Assembly: GCA_038245295.1 (NCBI GenBank) | Contig: JBBRSP010000016.1 | Span: 1-64,000, forward strand | Source of the DNA: Candidatus Binatia bacterium | Lineage (GTDB): Bacteria > Desulfobacterota > Binatia > HRBIN30 | Length of the DNA: 64,000 bases | Direction of reading: 5' to 3' | Translations under genes and position numbers: made by a program | Part shown: piece by piece, positions 27,934 through 37,841 of the stretch | How positions within the stretch are numbered: position 1 is the first letter of the stretch | How the letters are laid out: each line of letters starts with the position of its first letter | Notes under the pieces: model-generated | Seen by the model: only the letters and a program-made list of their open reading frames with translations | What the model was told of the DNA's origin: nothing | Database searches by the model: none

Positions 27934-29088
27934 ATGGATCATGCGACCCAGATCGCGCTGATGCGACGCATCTTTGGATTCCTCGACAGCCGCAGCACCG
28001 AGATGAGCCCCGCGCCCTACATCAATGACGTGTCGACCTACACATCCGCCGACCAACTGCGGCGAGAGCGCGCCCTGCTCTTCCGCCGCGAGCCGCAGTT
28101 TGTCGGCTTGAGCTGTGATGCCGGGGAGCCCGGCGCCTATTTCACCCATGAAGATACGGGGGTGCCGATCCTCGTCGTGCGCGACAAGAGTGGTGAGCTC
28201 AAAGCCTTCCTGGCTTTGTGCCGTCATCGCGGCGCGCAGTTGGTATCGGGCTCGGGAAGGAGCCTCGGGCGTTTCACGTGTCCCTATCACGCGTGGGTCT
28301 ACAACGATGGCGGCGAGTTGATCGGCCTACCGTGTGCCGAAGGGTTCGAGGGCGTCGATGCCGCATCCCTACGGCTGCAGGAACTGGCGGTGACCGAGCA
28401 ATACGGCATGATCTTCGTGCGCCCGTCGGGCAGCGACGTGATCGACATCGAGACCCATCTCGGTGGCGCCGAACGCGAAATCGCCGCCCTGGGCCTGCAC
28501 CACTACGCGCCGTTCGCGCGCCACGAATCGGTGCACGCGATGAATTGGAAGCTCGTCGTCGACACCTTTCTCGAGGCCTACCACGTCCCAAGTTTGCACA
28601 GCAGCACGCTCGGCGGCGCGATTCTGGGAGCGCCGGCAGCCTGGGACGCCTTCGGACGCGGCGGTCGCATGGTGGCGGTGCGGCGCTCGATCATCGAAGC
28701 GCGCGACAAACCCGAGGCGCAGTGGAACCTCCTCAAGAACTCCGTCGTGCTCTATCAGCTTTTCCCCAACACCGTGCTGATCCATCAGATCGACCACGTC
28801 GAGATCGTGCAGGCCTATCCGTGCGACGACACCCCTGATCGAGCCAAGGTCGTCTTCACCCTGTACACGCCGCAGCCGGCGACGGGTGACTCGGCGCGAC
28901 GTCATTTTCAGCGCAACTTCGATCTGCTCATCGGCGTCAGTGAGAAGGAAGATTTCGGCGTCGGGGCGCAGATCCAACGCGGCTTCCATGCGGGCGGACC
29001 GCAGACCATCGTGTACGGGCGCAACGAACCAGCCCTGGCGCATTATCACCGGGCGATCCACGCGGCTCTGGCTCAACCTCGGCCTTAG
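27934..29088 (+). CDS. Rieske non-heme iron oxygenase alpha subunit
   Basis: CRHRG and CPYHAW Rieske motif; NWK..VDTFLEAYHVPSLH mononuclear Fe site; C-terminal ED. Start ATG 27934. Confidence 0.93.
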   Translation: MDHATQIALMRRIFGFLDSRSTEMSPAPYINDVSTYTSADQLRRERALLFRREPQFVGLSCDAGEPGAYFTHEDTGVPILVVRDKSGELKAFLALCRHRGAQLVSGSGRSLGRFTCPYHAWVYNDGGELIGLPCAEGFEGVDAASLRLQELAVTEQYGMIFVRPSGSDVIDIETHLGGAEREIAALGLHHYAPFARHESVHAMNWKLVVDTFLEAYHVPSLHSSTLGGAILGAPAAWDAFGRGGRMVAVRRSIIEARDKPEAQWNLLKNSVVLYQLFPNTVLIHQIDHVEIVQAYPCDDTPDRAKVVFTLYTPQPATGDSARRHFQRNFDLLIGVSEKEDFGVGAQIQRGFHAGGPQTIVYGRNEPALAHYHRAIHAALAQPRP

Positions 29089-29127
29089 TACTGTTCGGCG
29101 CCGGTACGGTGACGTATCCGCAACCGC

Positions 29128-29154
29128 CCGCCGCAGTCTAAAGCCTGCGCCTAC
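29128..29154 (-). repeat. GTAG-family REP-like palindrome, copy 2
   Basis: Reverse complement reads GTAGGCGCAGGCTTTAGACTGCGGCGG; lies between convergent genes. Confidence 0.7.
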
Positions 29155-29163
29155 CGGTCCGCT

Positions 29164-30582
29164 CTAGCTGAGCAATCGTTGCGCCGCGTCCGACCAAAAT
29201 AAACGATCGGGATCAACCCGCCGCTTCACCTCGAGGAAGCGCCGGTGCGACGGATACATCTGCTGAAATACATCCTTCTCCATGTATGGGAACTTCGACA
29301 AGTACACCTTGCCGCCAAACTTCAAGATGATCTCCATCAACCCACGACGATAGAGATCCAACTCGCCCGGGGCGAAACCTACCAGCGAGTACGGCAGGGT
29401 TAGCGACAGGCCATCGCCGGCGAACGAGAGGAAGTAGGAGTCGGCCCGGTGACGTCGCGTGGCACACACTTCGGGAACCCGCCCGTGGCGACGGCAATAG
29501 GCCATCAACGCGTGGAATGCCGCTTCGAACTGCGCCGCGGGAAACAGCGCCTGCACTTCGTTGAAGCCCTCGGGGGCGAACTTGAGATTCCAGTCCGGGA
29601 AGAGCCGGACCATCGGGTACTGATAGTGCGGGTACAACACGCGCCGGCGACGCTCACCGGCGTGGGCGGCCCGACGATACTTCAACGTGCTCAGCAACTG
29701 GAAAACCTTCGCCTCGAGACCGAACGGCTGCAGGATTTTCCAACCGCGGCTGACGACACCCCAAAACACCCGCGGCGGTAGAAACGCGATCGTCGAAGGC
29801 GGCGATAAGTGTCGCCGCAGCTCATCGGCACCCATCGCGGGCTCGCCATCGACGAAGCTGGCGGCTTCGAACACGGCACGACCGGCGCCATTCCCTGTGG
29901 CGTATCCATCTACCCAGGCGTACGCAAAATCCGCCTCGGCCTCCTGCAGGGAGACAAAGCGTTGCGCCAACGAATGGATATCGCCGAGCGGCTGACGGCG
30001 CTCTTCGAGGGTCAACGACGCGACGCGATGCAGACGCAGTGTCACATCGGTAACGACACCCAGCAGGCCAAGCCCGCTGATCACCGCGTTGAACAAGTTG
30101 GCGTCGGTTTGGCGGTCAACATAACGAATCGAGCCATCCGCAAGGGCGATGCGAAACGACAGAACCTGATCACCAAAGGTGCCGACGCGCCACGAGTCCT
30201 TGCCGTTAATGTTGCTCGACAGATCCCCGGCGATCGTGTTGGTAAGTGACCCCGACAAGGCGGGCAGCTGCCAGCCGCAGGGCATCACCAGGGCGATGAC
30301 GTCGCGATCCGGCGTACCGGCCTGCACCGTAATGATTCCCGCCTGCGGATCGAAATCCACGATTCCGTTCAGGTGGCCTATATCGATGCTGGCCTGCTCA
30401 CCCAGCAGGAAGACATCCCCGAAGCTGTTACGGGCACCGACCGGGCAAATCGACCACTGCTTGCGGCGAGCCATCTCGATACACGCCACGACGTCGTCGA
30501 CATTCTCCGGACGCAGACGCCAGGCGGTCACCGAGTGGTCGAGACCGAAACACGTAAGACGATGTACCTCCGGCGGCTGCAT
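29164..30582 (-). CDS. FAD-binding oxidoreductase, DprE1-like (VAO family)
   Basis: GARNSFGD, VQAG, TIAGDLSSNINGKD, SGLGLLGVV, GGKVYLSK, KRRVDP..LFWSD. Confidence 0.85.
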   Translation of the reverse strand: MQPPEVHRLTCFGLDHSVTAWRLRPENVDDVVACIEMARRKQWSICPVGARNSFGDVFLLGEQASIDIGHLNGIVDFDPQAGIITVQAGTPDRDVIALVMPCGWQLPALSGSLTNTIAGDLSSNINGKDSWRVGTFGDQVLSFRIALADGSIRYVDRQTDANLFNAVISGLGLLGVVTDVTLRLHRVASLTLEERRQPLGDIHSLAQRFVSLQEAEADFAYAWVDGYATGNGAGRAVFEAASFVDGEPAMGADELRRHLSPPSTIAFLPPRVFWGVVSRGWKILQPFGLEAKVFQLLSTLKYRRAAHAGERRRRVLYPHYQYPMVRLFPDWNLKFAPEGFNEVQALFPAAQFEAAFHALMAYCRRHGRVPEVCATRRHRADSYFLSFAGDGLSLTLPYSLVGFAPGELDLYRRGLMEIILKFGGKVYLSKFPYMEKDVFQQMYPSHRRFLEVKRRVDPDRLFWSDAAQRLLS

Positions 30583-30586
30583 GACG

Positions 30587-31438
30587 TTACCCGTCCGCCG
30601 GCAGATGAACCAGCTCGGCGCTGACGTTCCACAAGCGCCGCGCCAACGATGCGTCATAGGTCGCGGGCGCCGACGCGGCAGGGCGCTGGCCGGCGAAATA
30701 TTTGCCCGTCACACCGGCAACCTCGGGCGACACGGCGAGATAGGTCAGCGATCGCGCCGCCGTCGCGGGCGACACGCCCATGAGGCAGATCAACGAATGC
30801 AGCGCGCTGTGCAGGAACGTCGCGTGTTTATTGCCGAGGCGCGTCCGCACCAGACCGGGATGCAAGCAGTTCACCGTCACCCGTGTATCGCCCAGGCGGC
30901 GCGCCAATTCATACGTAAACAGCACATTCGCCAGCTTCGACTGCGCATAGGCGGTGAGCACGAAGTAGCGCCGCTCGGCGTTGAGATCGTCGAAGTCGAT
31001 GTTGGCGCGGTAGTGCACGCGCGAGCTCACATTGACGACACGCCCCGCTTCCGCCGCCTTTAGACGCTCGAGCAGCAAGCGCGTCAGCAAGTATCCCCCG
31101 AGATAGTTCGCCGCGAACTGCATCTCGATGCCATCCTCGGAGAGGGTGCGCTGGGAGTACTGCGCCGCCGCGTTGTTGACGAGTGCATCGATGCGATCGA
31201 AGCGCCGGCTGATCTCCTCGGCCGCCTGACGGACCTGACGTTGCGACGTCAGGTCCGCGACGATCAGATCGAAACGATCGCTTCGACTCTCCTTGGTCAG
31301 GGCCTGCAACGCCGCTTCGCCGCGACCACGATCGCGGCACAACAACACGACGTACGCGCCGTTCTGGGCGAGGCCTTTGGCGGCCTCGAAACCGATCCCC
31401 GAGCTGGCGCCGGTGATTACAACGATCGGAGCACTCAC
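30587..31438 (-). CDS. Short-chain dehydrogenase/reductase (retinol-dehydrogenase-like)
   Basis: TGASSGIG, NNAA, NVSS, YAQSK. GTGA overlap with the upstream gene. Confidence 0.93.
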   Translation of the reverse strand: MSAPIVVITGASSGIGFEAAKGLAQNGAYVVLLCRDRGRGEAALQALTKESRSDRFDLIVADLTSQRQVRQAAEEISRRFDRIDALVNNAAAQYSQRTLSEDGIEMQFAANYLGGYLLTRLLLERLKAAEAGRVVNVSSRVHYRANIDFDDLNAERRYFVLTAYAQSKLANVLFTYELARRLGDTRVTVNCLHPGLVRTRLGNKHATFLHSALHSLICLMGVSPATAARSLTYLAVSPEVAGVTGKYFAGQRPAASAPATYDASLARRLWNVSAELVHLPADG

Positions 31439-33975
31439 GGCGTCGGGCTCACCGGGTCGTGATACAGGTAGACCTGGATGCCAAACATCTCGTCATCGGT
31501 GGTCACGCCACCACGCAAGTTGCACGCGTCGCAGACGGATTGCGGACATTGCGCGTCGTCGCCGAAACACGGTTGGCCGATGTTCGGACCATCGAGACAT
31601 TTGCGTTCGCTCGGCGCACAGGGGCCGCCGAGATCGTCGGGCTGAAACGGCAGCGGCGATGTCGACGCCCGTTTGACGTCGGCGCGATTGATGGCGCCGT
31701 TGTCGTAGACGGCGCAGAACTTGATCGTTCTGTCCGCGTCGGAGCCGCTGAACAAGCGCGGCGGCTGCGGTTGATATTGTAAGGGCTCGCTCGGCTCGAA
31801 GTTCTCATAGATCAGATCGCGCGCCTCTCCGGGCAAACAGTTTGGGTCGGTGCTGAGGAAAGCGCCGACGGGCGACGGACCAGCATTACCGCAGGGGGTC
31901 TGTGGCGGCCCCCAAACGCGGAAACGCTTGCCACGTTTGTGGGTGTGCGAACGCAGGCTGAAAACGCGGCTGCCCTCATCAAAGGTATAGGTGGCGCAGT
32001 ATTGGCGCGTCTGGAACGGCGGCACGTCCTGGGTGAAGAGATAGTCCAGAAAGAAGACAAACTGCGCCGGCGAGCGGCGGTCCGGCGCCAAGGTATGATT
32101 CGCCCATGCCTCGAGCCGCGTATCTTGCGAGGTCAAATTGAAGGCGTGGAAATCCCACACGGCGATGCCTTTGAGCGGCATCGTGGCGTAAACACCGGTT
32201 GGGAACGCGGTGCTGGTCACCGGACCGAGACCAAGCCCGAGCAGGTGCAGATCAAAATGCGGTGGTCCGCAAAGACTGGCCCCACCGGGCCCGACGCGGC
32301 TGGCGCAGAGCCCGGCGCCACACGCGCCGGCGGCACTCGGATCACACGAAGCTCCATCATTGGCCCCGCCGGCACACTGCCAGTCGCCCCACAGCGGCGC
32401 CATGAAGTCGGCGTCGCCGGCATAGATCATCTCCCAAAGATGATGCCCTTGCGGATCTTCGACAACCGTCTGGCTGTGATACGGCAGGCACTTCCCGGCA
32501 TTGTTGCCATGATCATTGGTGCCGGGAAAACTTCCCGGACAGTCGACGAGCAGATCCGCCGGCACGGCTCCGGGAGCGCTCAGATCGTAGTATGCCGCCA
32601 GGCACCGCTCGCCTTCCGAGTGCGCCGGTAGAACCCAGGACGGCATTGCCAGCTGCACGCCAACATTGGACGCCGGCACCGGTGGCTGCGGCAACTTCGG
32701 CGGGCTCGCCGCCGGCAAGCAGGCGTTCAGGAGGGCCGCCGTACCTTCGACGACGCCCCTGGCGGAAGCGCCGTTGTGGATCCACAGGCGTACCGCCTCG
32801 AGCTCGTCGGTCGACAACGGCGGCGCACTCAGGGGCATCGGGGAAAGCGGCAGCCTGTCCGGCGAGGGCTCGCCCAACGTCTTTGCCGCCAGCTTCAGAT
32901 ACAGCATGCTGGTGCTCTCGGAGCCCGGAACGATACGCCTGACGTTTGGGTCGGCCTGCGAGCTGTGTCCGACTAGATTGGCCAGCGACTCCGGCGAGCG
33001 TAGATCCAAGCCACCCTGCTGGGCGCTGCCGTGGCAAAGCTGATCGGTGCACTGATGCTTCTCGAAGATCGCCTTCTGCAGTAACGCGAACGTGCTGGCG
33101 AAGGTCTCGCAGGTCGTGCTCGTGCAGTCGTTGCGGCACGAGTCGTCATTGGTGGAATTGCCATCGTCGCATTGCTCGCCGTGTTCTTGCATGCCGTTGC
33201 CGCACACGGGAAGCGGACAGGTGATCTGCGATTGGACATAGACGCCGCCGGCGAAGCAGTCGCTGCGTGACGCAATCATGCCGAGGAAGGAATCGACATC
33301 GCGACCGTACATCGCACGGAACGTGTCGGCCGGGCACGCCGCCTCGATCTGGCGGCGCAGGACGGCGGCCGCATGGGTGATGCGGGTGGTGGCGTGCGCC
33401 ACCAGCTCAATCTTGCGGGACGGCGTCATATCGCGGCTGGCCATGCGATTGAACGCATCGCGTCGGGCGCGCGTCGCGAAACGCAGCAACTGCGATGCGT
33501 GCTGGACGGTGGCGTTGAGGCAAACTCGGGTCGCGGAGCTCACCGCGGTTGCATTTGCACCAGTCAGTACCGCGCCAAAGGTCAGCGAGCTCAGTGCCGG
33601 GACGGCATCACGGCATACGCTACTGACATTCTGTTGCGCATCTTCGAGACCGCCGAATTGCAGAGTCGCCGTGCTCTCCGGTGAGCACGCTTTGGCAACG
33701 AGTGCGCGGGCCTCTTCCTGGGCGGCGTCTAACGCCGCATCACTGGTACAAGTTTGCCCGTCGAGCTGAGCGTTGAGGCACGCTGTGCGAGCCCGGACCG
33801 ACTTCGCCACACAGCGGTCCGCCGCGTGCGCGATGGCGCGCTGGCATTTTGCGACCGTGGGTGGGAAGCCACCGAAGAACGCCAGGGATGGAACGTTGAC
33901 GTGAGCCTGCGCCGTGCCCATCGCGATTGGCATCACGAACGCGATTACCGCAGCGAGTACTCGAGACTGGAACAT
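31435..33975 (-). CDS. Secreted Cys-rich protein: myxococcal CGNG repeat, c-type-heme-like domain, copper type II (PHM/DBH-like) monooxygenase domain
   Basis: Signal peptide; CGNGMQEHGEQCDDGN; CTDQLCH...PMP; GHHL, FHAFN, SHTHKRG, DEMF. Confidence 0.72.
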   Translation of the reverse strand: MFQSRVLAAVIAFVMPIAMGTAQAHVNVPSLAFFGGFPPTVAKCQRAIAHAADRCVAKSVRARTACLNAQLDGQTCTSDAALDAAQEEARALVAKACSPESTATLQFGGLEDAQQNVSSVCRDAVPALSSLTFGAVLTGANATAVSSATRVCLNATVQHASQLLRFATRARRDAFNRMASRDMTPSRKIELVAHATTRITHAAAVLRRQIEAACPADTFRAMYGRDVDSFLGMIASRSDCFAGGVYVQSQITCPLPVCGNGMQEHGEQCDDGNSTNDDSCRNDCTSTTCETFASTFALLQKAIFEKHQCTDQLCHGSAQQGGLDLRSPESLANLVGHSSQADPNVRRIVPGSESTSMLYLKLAAKTLGEPSPDRLPLSPMPLSAPPLSTDELEAVRLWIHNGASARGVVEGTAALLNACLPAASPPKLPQPPVPASNVGVQLAMPSWVLPAHSEGERCLAAYYDLSAPGAVPADLLVDCPGSFPGTNDHGNNAGKCLPYHSQTVVEDPQGHHLWEMIYAGDADFMAPLWGDWQCAGGANDGASCDPSAAGACGAGLCASRVGPGGASLCGPPHFDLHLLGLGLGPVTSTAFPTGVYATMPLKGIAVWDFHAFNLTSQDTRLEAWANHTLAPDRRSPAQFVFFLDYLFTQDVPPFQTRQYCATYTFDEGSRVFSLRSHTHKRGKRFRVWGPPQTPCGNAGPSPVGAFLSTDPNCLPGEARDLIYENFEPSEPLQYQPQPPRLFSGSDADRTIKFCAVYDNGAINRADVKRASTSPLPFQPDDLGGPCAPSERKCLDGPNIGQPCFGDDAQCPQSVCDACNLRGGVTTDDEMFGIQVYLYHDPVSPTP

Positions 33976-34111
33976 TGGATTCTGCCGACCGTGGTAGCTT
34001 GTAATGGATGACACAGCGCTCTCGCAAGGCACAAACGACCGCGGCGCGAGGCCAGTTCTTGCGCGCTGTTGGGTGCTGAGGTAATCGCCACAGCGTCATT
34101 GGACATTCTGG

Positions 34112-35269
34112 ATGGCTGTGAATCGCCCCGACACGCCGGAACGCGTGCCCTTCCTCCGGCCCGAGATGCCTGAGATTGAAGTCATCGTCGAGGACCTGGC
34201 GGCGATCTATCGCTCGCATCAGTTCTCCAACGGTGGCGCCTTCGAGGAAAAATTGGCCGGGGCGCTAGCGACCTACCTGGGTGTTCGCTTCTGCGTTCCC
34301 GTCGCCAATGCGACATTGGGGTTGATGGTCGCCGTCAATGCCGTCCTACGCTGCGGCCGAGCCAACAAGTTCCTGGTTCCGTCGTTCACCTTCGCAGCAT
34401 CGGCCTTGGCGGCGGAATGGCGCGGGCTCGAGCCGGTCTTCTGCGACATCGATCCGCAAACCTGGCAAGCGACGGTCGACGCCGACACACTCTACGCCCG
34501 GCGCGACGAGTTCGCCCTCATCGTCTTGTGCAACACCTTCGGCGCGCCGGCCGACATCGCTTTCTGGAAATCTTTGGCGGCGCGCTGCGACATCCCCATG
34601 ATCATGGATTCCGCCGCCGGGCTCGGTGCGTCTTATGCCGACGGAACGGGGTTCGGGCAGGCTGGGCATCTGGAGGTCTTCTCCATGCACGCCACGAAAG
34701 CCTTTGGGATCGGCGAAGGCGGCGTCGTGGTAACGGATGATCCGGAGATGTACCGGCACTTGCGTGCCCTCAAGGATTTCGGCCTCGACGGCGACCGCAA
34801 CTGTGCGGCGCTCGGCATAAATGCCAAGCTATCGGAATTTCATGCAGCGATCGCCTGCCGGGTCCTGGAACATTACCCCGGCATCCTGTCGAAGCGACGC
34901 GCCATCGCGGCTCACTATCGTGAGCGACTCGAACCACACGGCTTTGTGTTCCAGCGCCACGGCGAGCTCTCCGCCTACCCGTTCGTGTCGGCGCGTGTTC
35001 CGGCTGGCGCCTCGCGCTTGCATCTGCGGCAACAGGCAGAGTGTCATGGCATCGAAATTCGGCAGTACTTCTCGCCGCCGCTGCATCACCAGCCGCGTTA
35101 CCGGGCGTGCGAGAGTCTCGGGGACTTGGCCGTCACCAATGGCGTGGCGAATGCGATCCTGTCGCTGCCGATCAGCAACTCCATGAGCGCCGCCACCGTC
35201 GATCGCATTTGCGACTGCCTTGTCGAGTCCCTGTCGCCGTCGCTGGCGCGTGCGGCGGCCGGCGAGTAA
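34112..35269 (+). CDS. DegT/DnrJ/EryC1/StrS PLP sugar aminotransferase (VioA-like)
   Basis: ANATLGL, VPSFTFAAS, DSAA, FSMHATKAFGIGEGG, NAKLSE. Confidence 0.92.
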   Translation: MAVNRPDTPERVPFLRPEMPEIEVIVEDLAAIYRSHQFSNGGAFEEKLAGALATYLGVRFCVPVANATLGLMVAVNAVLRCGRANKFLVPSFTFAASALAAEWRGLEPVFCDIDPQTWQATVDADTLYARRDEFALIVLCNTFGAPADIAFWKSLAARCDIPMIMDSAAGLGASYADGTGFGQAGHLEVFSMHATKAFGIGEGGVVVTDDPEMYRHLRALKDFGLDGDRNCAALGINAKLSEFHAAIACRVLEHYPGILSKRRAIAAHYRERLEPHGFVFQRHGELSAYPFVSARVPAGASRLHLRQQAECHGIEIRQYFSPPLHHQPRYRACESLGDLAVTNGVANAILSLPISNSMSAATVDRICDCLVESLSPSLARAAAGE

Positions 35270-35279
35270 GCGTGTCGCG

Positions 35280-35936
35280 TCAGCGCTGCAGCTTCTTGGC
35301 CGGGATGCCGACAACCGTAATGTCAGGTTCGTCGATATCCCGCACGACGCAGGCATGGGCGCCGGTGACAACACCGGGTGCGATCGTGACGCCGGGAATA
35401 ATGACCGTGCCGGCCCCCAGAACAACCCGTTCGCCAAGCTTCACGTCGCCCGACACCTTACACCCCGGGTAACAAGTGACGTAGTCGCCAACGATGTCGT
35501 GGTGACCGATGGTCGTATCGAGGACAAGTACGTAGTCACCGAGGGTGGCGTTCGTCGTGAGCTGGGAATGGGCAACGATGAGGCCACCATGCCCAAGGCG
35601 ACAATCCGGACGCACCAGCGTGCGTGGATGGACGATGGTCGGAGCCGGCTGCAGACCGGCCGCAAGCGCTTTCTGCACCATGGCCTGCTTGGCCGGTGGC
35701 TCGGCCACACCGATGACAAACTGTTCGAAGCCGCCATCGGCACGACCGCGGCGGGCCGGCGAAAAATCCCAATCTTTCACCACCGGGACGAGTTTGCCGG
35801 CAAGGTCCATCGCCGTTGCCGGGCTGACATCATCGACAAAGACGATATCGATGCCTGGATACGTATCCTGCACGAACCAATACATCTCACGCGCGCAGCC
35901 GCCGGCGCCGAGGATGACCAGGGACTTCAACATCAT
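35280..35936 (-). CDS. Sugar N/O-acetyltransferase, NeuD/PglD/VioB hexapeptide family
   Basis: ILGAGG.ARE, TIVHP, IGHH, hexapeptide repeats, VVGIPAK. Confidence 0.9.
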   Translation of the reverse strand: MMLKSLVILGAGGCAREMYWFVQDTYPGIDIVFVDDVSPATAMDLAGKLVPVVKDWDFSPARRGRADGGFEQFVIGVAEPPAKQAMVQKALAAGLQPAPTIVHPRTLVRPDCRLGHGGLIVAHSQLTTNATLGDYVLVLDTTIGHHDIVGDYVTCYPGCKVSGDVKLGERVVLGAGTVIIPGVTIAPGVVTGAHACVVRDIDEPDITVVGIPAKKLQR

Positions 35937-36053
35937 TCATACTCCTCTTTCGATCTCGAGCCCCTGGCGCCGATACCGAAGCGCCGCATCACGCGTTGGT
36001 GGCTCGAAGCCGGGAGGGTCATCACATACTCGCCCCGACACGTCGAGTCTTGC

Positions 36054-37037
36054 TTGATTTACGACCGAAGCGATGCGAACGAGCCAGATATCTTGAGAGT
36101 TGGTGAAGACTACGGAGAGTACCCGGTCGAGTTTTCGGCCGTGATCAGCTGCTACTTCGAAGAGGTCACAATCCGTGAGTTCCATCGGCGCCTGCGCGCG
36201 GCGTTGCAAGCGACCGGGCACTCCTTCGAAATCGTCTACGTCAATGACGGCAGCACGGATGGAACCCTAGCGGCCCTTCTGGAGATCTACGAAGCCGACA
36301 CCGCGGTCGGCATCGTCATCGACCTGATGAAAAACTCCGGCTCCGCCGCCGCGGTAGCCGCCGGATGCGTCGAAGCGCGCGGGCGCCACTTCATCTTCCT
36401 CGACAGCGATCTGCAACTCGAACCGGAAGACCTGCCGCGACTGATGCAGGAGTTCGATAAGGGTGCCGATCTGGTCAATGGGCTGCGTCGCACACGCAAC
36501 GACACGTGGATGCGCACGACGGCGTCGCGACTGCTGCAACCCGGGCTGCGATGGCTCTCGGGAGCCCAACTGGCCGATCTGTTCTGCACCTTCAAAGTCG
36601 TACACGGGCAACTGGTACGCGGCCTGGGCCCAGGTCCACGGCGCGTGCTCAACCCGGTGCATTTGGCGGCGGCGGCGCGCGATTGGGCCGACGTGTTGGT
36701 CGAGCACCACCCACGTCCGCACGGGTCGTCCAACTGGACCGTCGCCGGCCTGCTCGGTCTGATCCTCGACACCCTCTTCGGCCTGCCGCGTAATCCCTTC
36801 CGTCTGATCGGCGAGGCGGCGGTGCTCTCGAGCGTATTGCTGGCGCTTTACGTCGCGTTCGGTTCGCTTGCGGGCGAGGCAGCGAAGGCGCTGACGCCCC
36901 CGGTCCTGGCCCTCGGGTTGTCGGTCGTCATTGTCGTGTTGTGGCTGATCGGCGAGTACCTTCTGCAGCTCCATCGCTCCCTGTACGGCGCACCGCGCTA
37001 TATGGTGCGCGCCCTTTGGCGTCGAACGCTGGGATGA
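36054..37037 (+). CDS. GT2 polyprenyl-phosphate glycosyltransferase (ArnC/GtrB-like)
   Basis: SAVISCYFEE, VNDGSTDGT, NSGSAAA, LDSDLQ.EPED, two C-terminal TMs, IGEYL. Start is approximate. Confidence 0.85.
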   Translation: MIYDRSDANEPDILRVGEDYGEYPVEFSAVISCYFEEVTIREFHRRLRAALQATGHSFEIVYVNDGSTDGTLAALLEIYEADTAVGIVIDLMKNSGSAAAVAAGCVEARGRHFIFLDSDLQLEPEDLPRLMQEFDKGADLVNGLRRTRNDTWMRTTASRLLQPGLRWLSGAQLADLFCTFKVVHGQLVRGLGPGPRRVLNPVHLAAAARDWADVLVEHHPRPHGSSNWTVAGLLGLILDTLFGLPRNPFRLIGEAAVLSSVLLALYVAFGSLAGEAAKALTPPVLALGLSVVIVVLWLIGEYLLQLHRSLYGAPRYMVRALWRRTLG

Positions 37038-37111
37038 CGGGCCGATTCCCGCTCTCACCATTGTAAACCCCTCATCTTCTCGGGTACGTTTGCCGATGGA
37101 GGGATGTCCGA

Positions 37112-37747
37112 ATGTTCTACGATACAAAATTCTTCCCCTTCGTCGAAACGATGGAGAAGAATTGGCAGCCGATCCGCAAAGAGCTCGATCAGTTGACGCA
37201 AGAAGATTTCCACACATACCGCAATTTTACCCCGTGGAAGGTGTTCATCTTCCGCAAGGGTTTTGATCCGAAGAACCTCGAGTACAATCGTGAGAATTGT
37301 GAACGCTGCCCGGAAACCATGCGCATTCTCGACTCGATCCCCGGCGTCACCTCGGCGGCCTTCTCGCGCCTGCTGCCCGGAACCCATCTATGGCCGCATC
37401 GTTGCAACAATACGCCGGTACGCTGCCATCTCGGACTGAAAGTCGTCGACGGCTGCGGCATCCGCGTCGGTGGCATGGTGCGCGGCTGGCAAGAAGGCAA
37501 GTGCATGATCTTCAATGCCCGGCATCTACACGAGGCCTGGAACAAGAACACGTTGCCACGCACCGTCCTGCTGTTCGACGTAAACCCCAGCACCCTCAGC
37601 ACACCGCCGGAGCAACACGCCATTCCCAAGACGTTCAGCGAATCTTTGTCAGGCCTATGGCTGTACGCCCGTTACGCGCGACGCAAAAACTGGGAGCGAG
37701 TGCGCGAAGTCGTTGGTATGCCGGTAATCCCGGACCACACGCACTGA
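37112..37747 (+). CDS. Aspartyl/asparaginyl beta-hydroxylase (LpxO/OlsC-type 2OG-Fe(II) oxygenase)
   Basis: FSRLLPGTHLWPH, RCHLGL, WQEGKCMIFN..HLHEAWN..RTVLLFDV; GGAGGG RBS. Confidence 0.88.
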   Translation: MFYDTKFFPFVETMEKNWQPIRKELDQLTQEDFHTYRNFTPWKVFIFRKGFDPKNLEYNRENCERCPETMRILDSIPGVTSAAFSRLLPGTHLWPHRCNNTPVRCHLGLKVVDGCGIRVGGMVRGWQEGKCMIFNARHLHEAWNKNTLPRTVLLFDVNPSTLSTPPEQHAIPKTFSESLSGLWLYARYARRKNWERVREVVGMPVIPDHTH

Positions 37748-37841
37748 GGCGCACAGAGGAGATACCCGTGGCTCAGCGCTGCCGGCATAGATCCCGGAAC
37801 GCCCTTGTCGCCGGCACGCGCTTGAGCCTGATGAATTCGCT

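Noticed and set aside
29164..31438. Definite dprE1/dprE2 pair
   Set aside because: The SDR looks retinol-dehydrogenase-like rather than DprE2-like, and no UbiA-type phosphoribosyltransferase is present. Kept only as a possibility.
35220..36053. N-terminal extension of the 605-aa GT2 ORF
   Set aside because: It is an antisense shadow of the acetyltransferase gene; GT2 motifs begin only near 36130.
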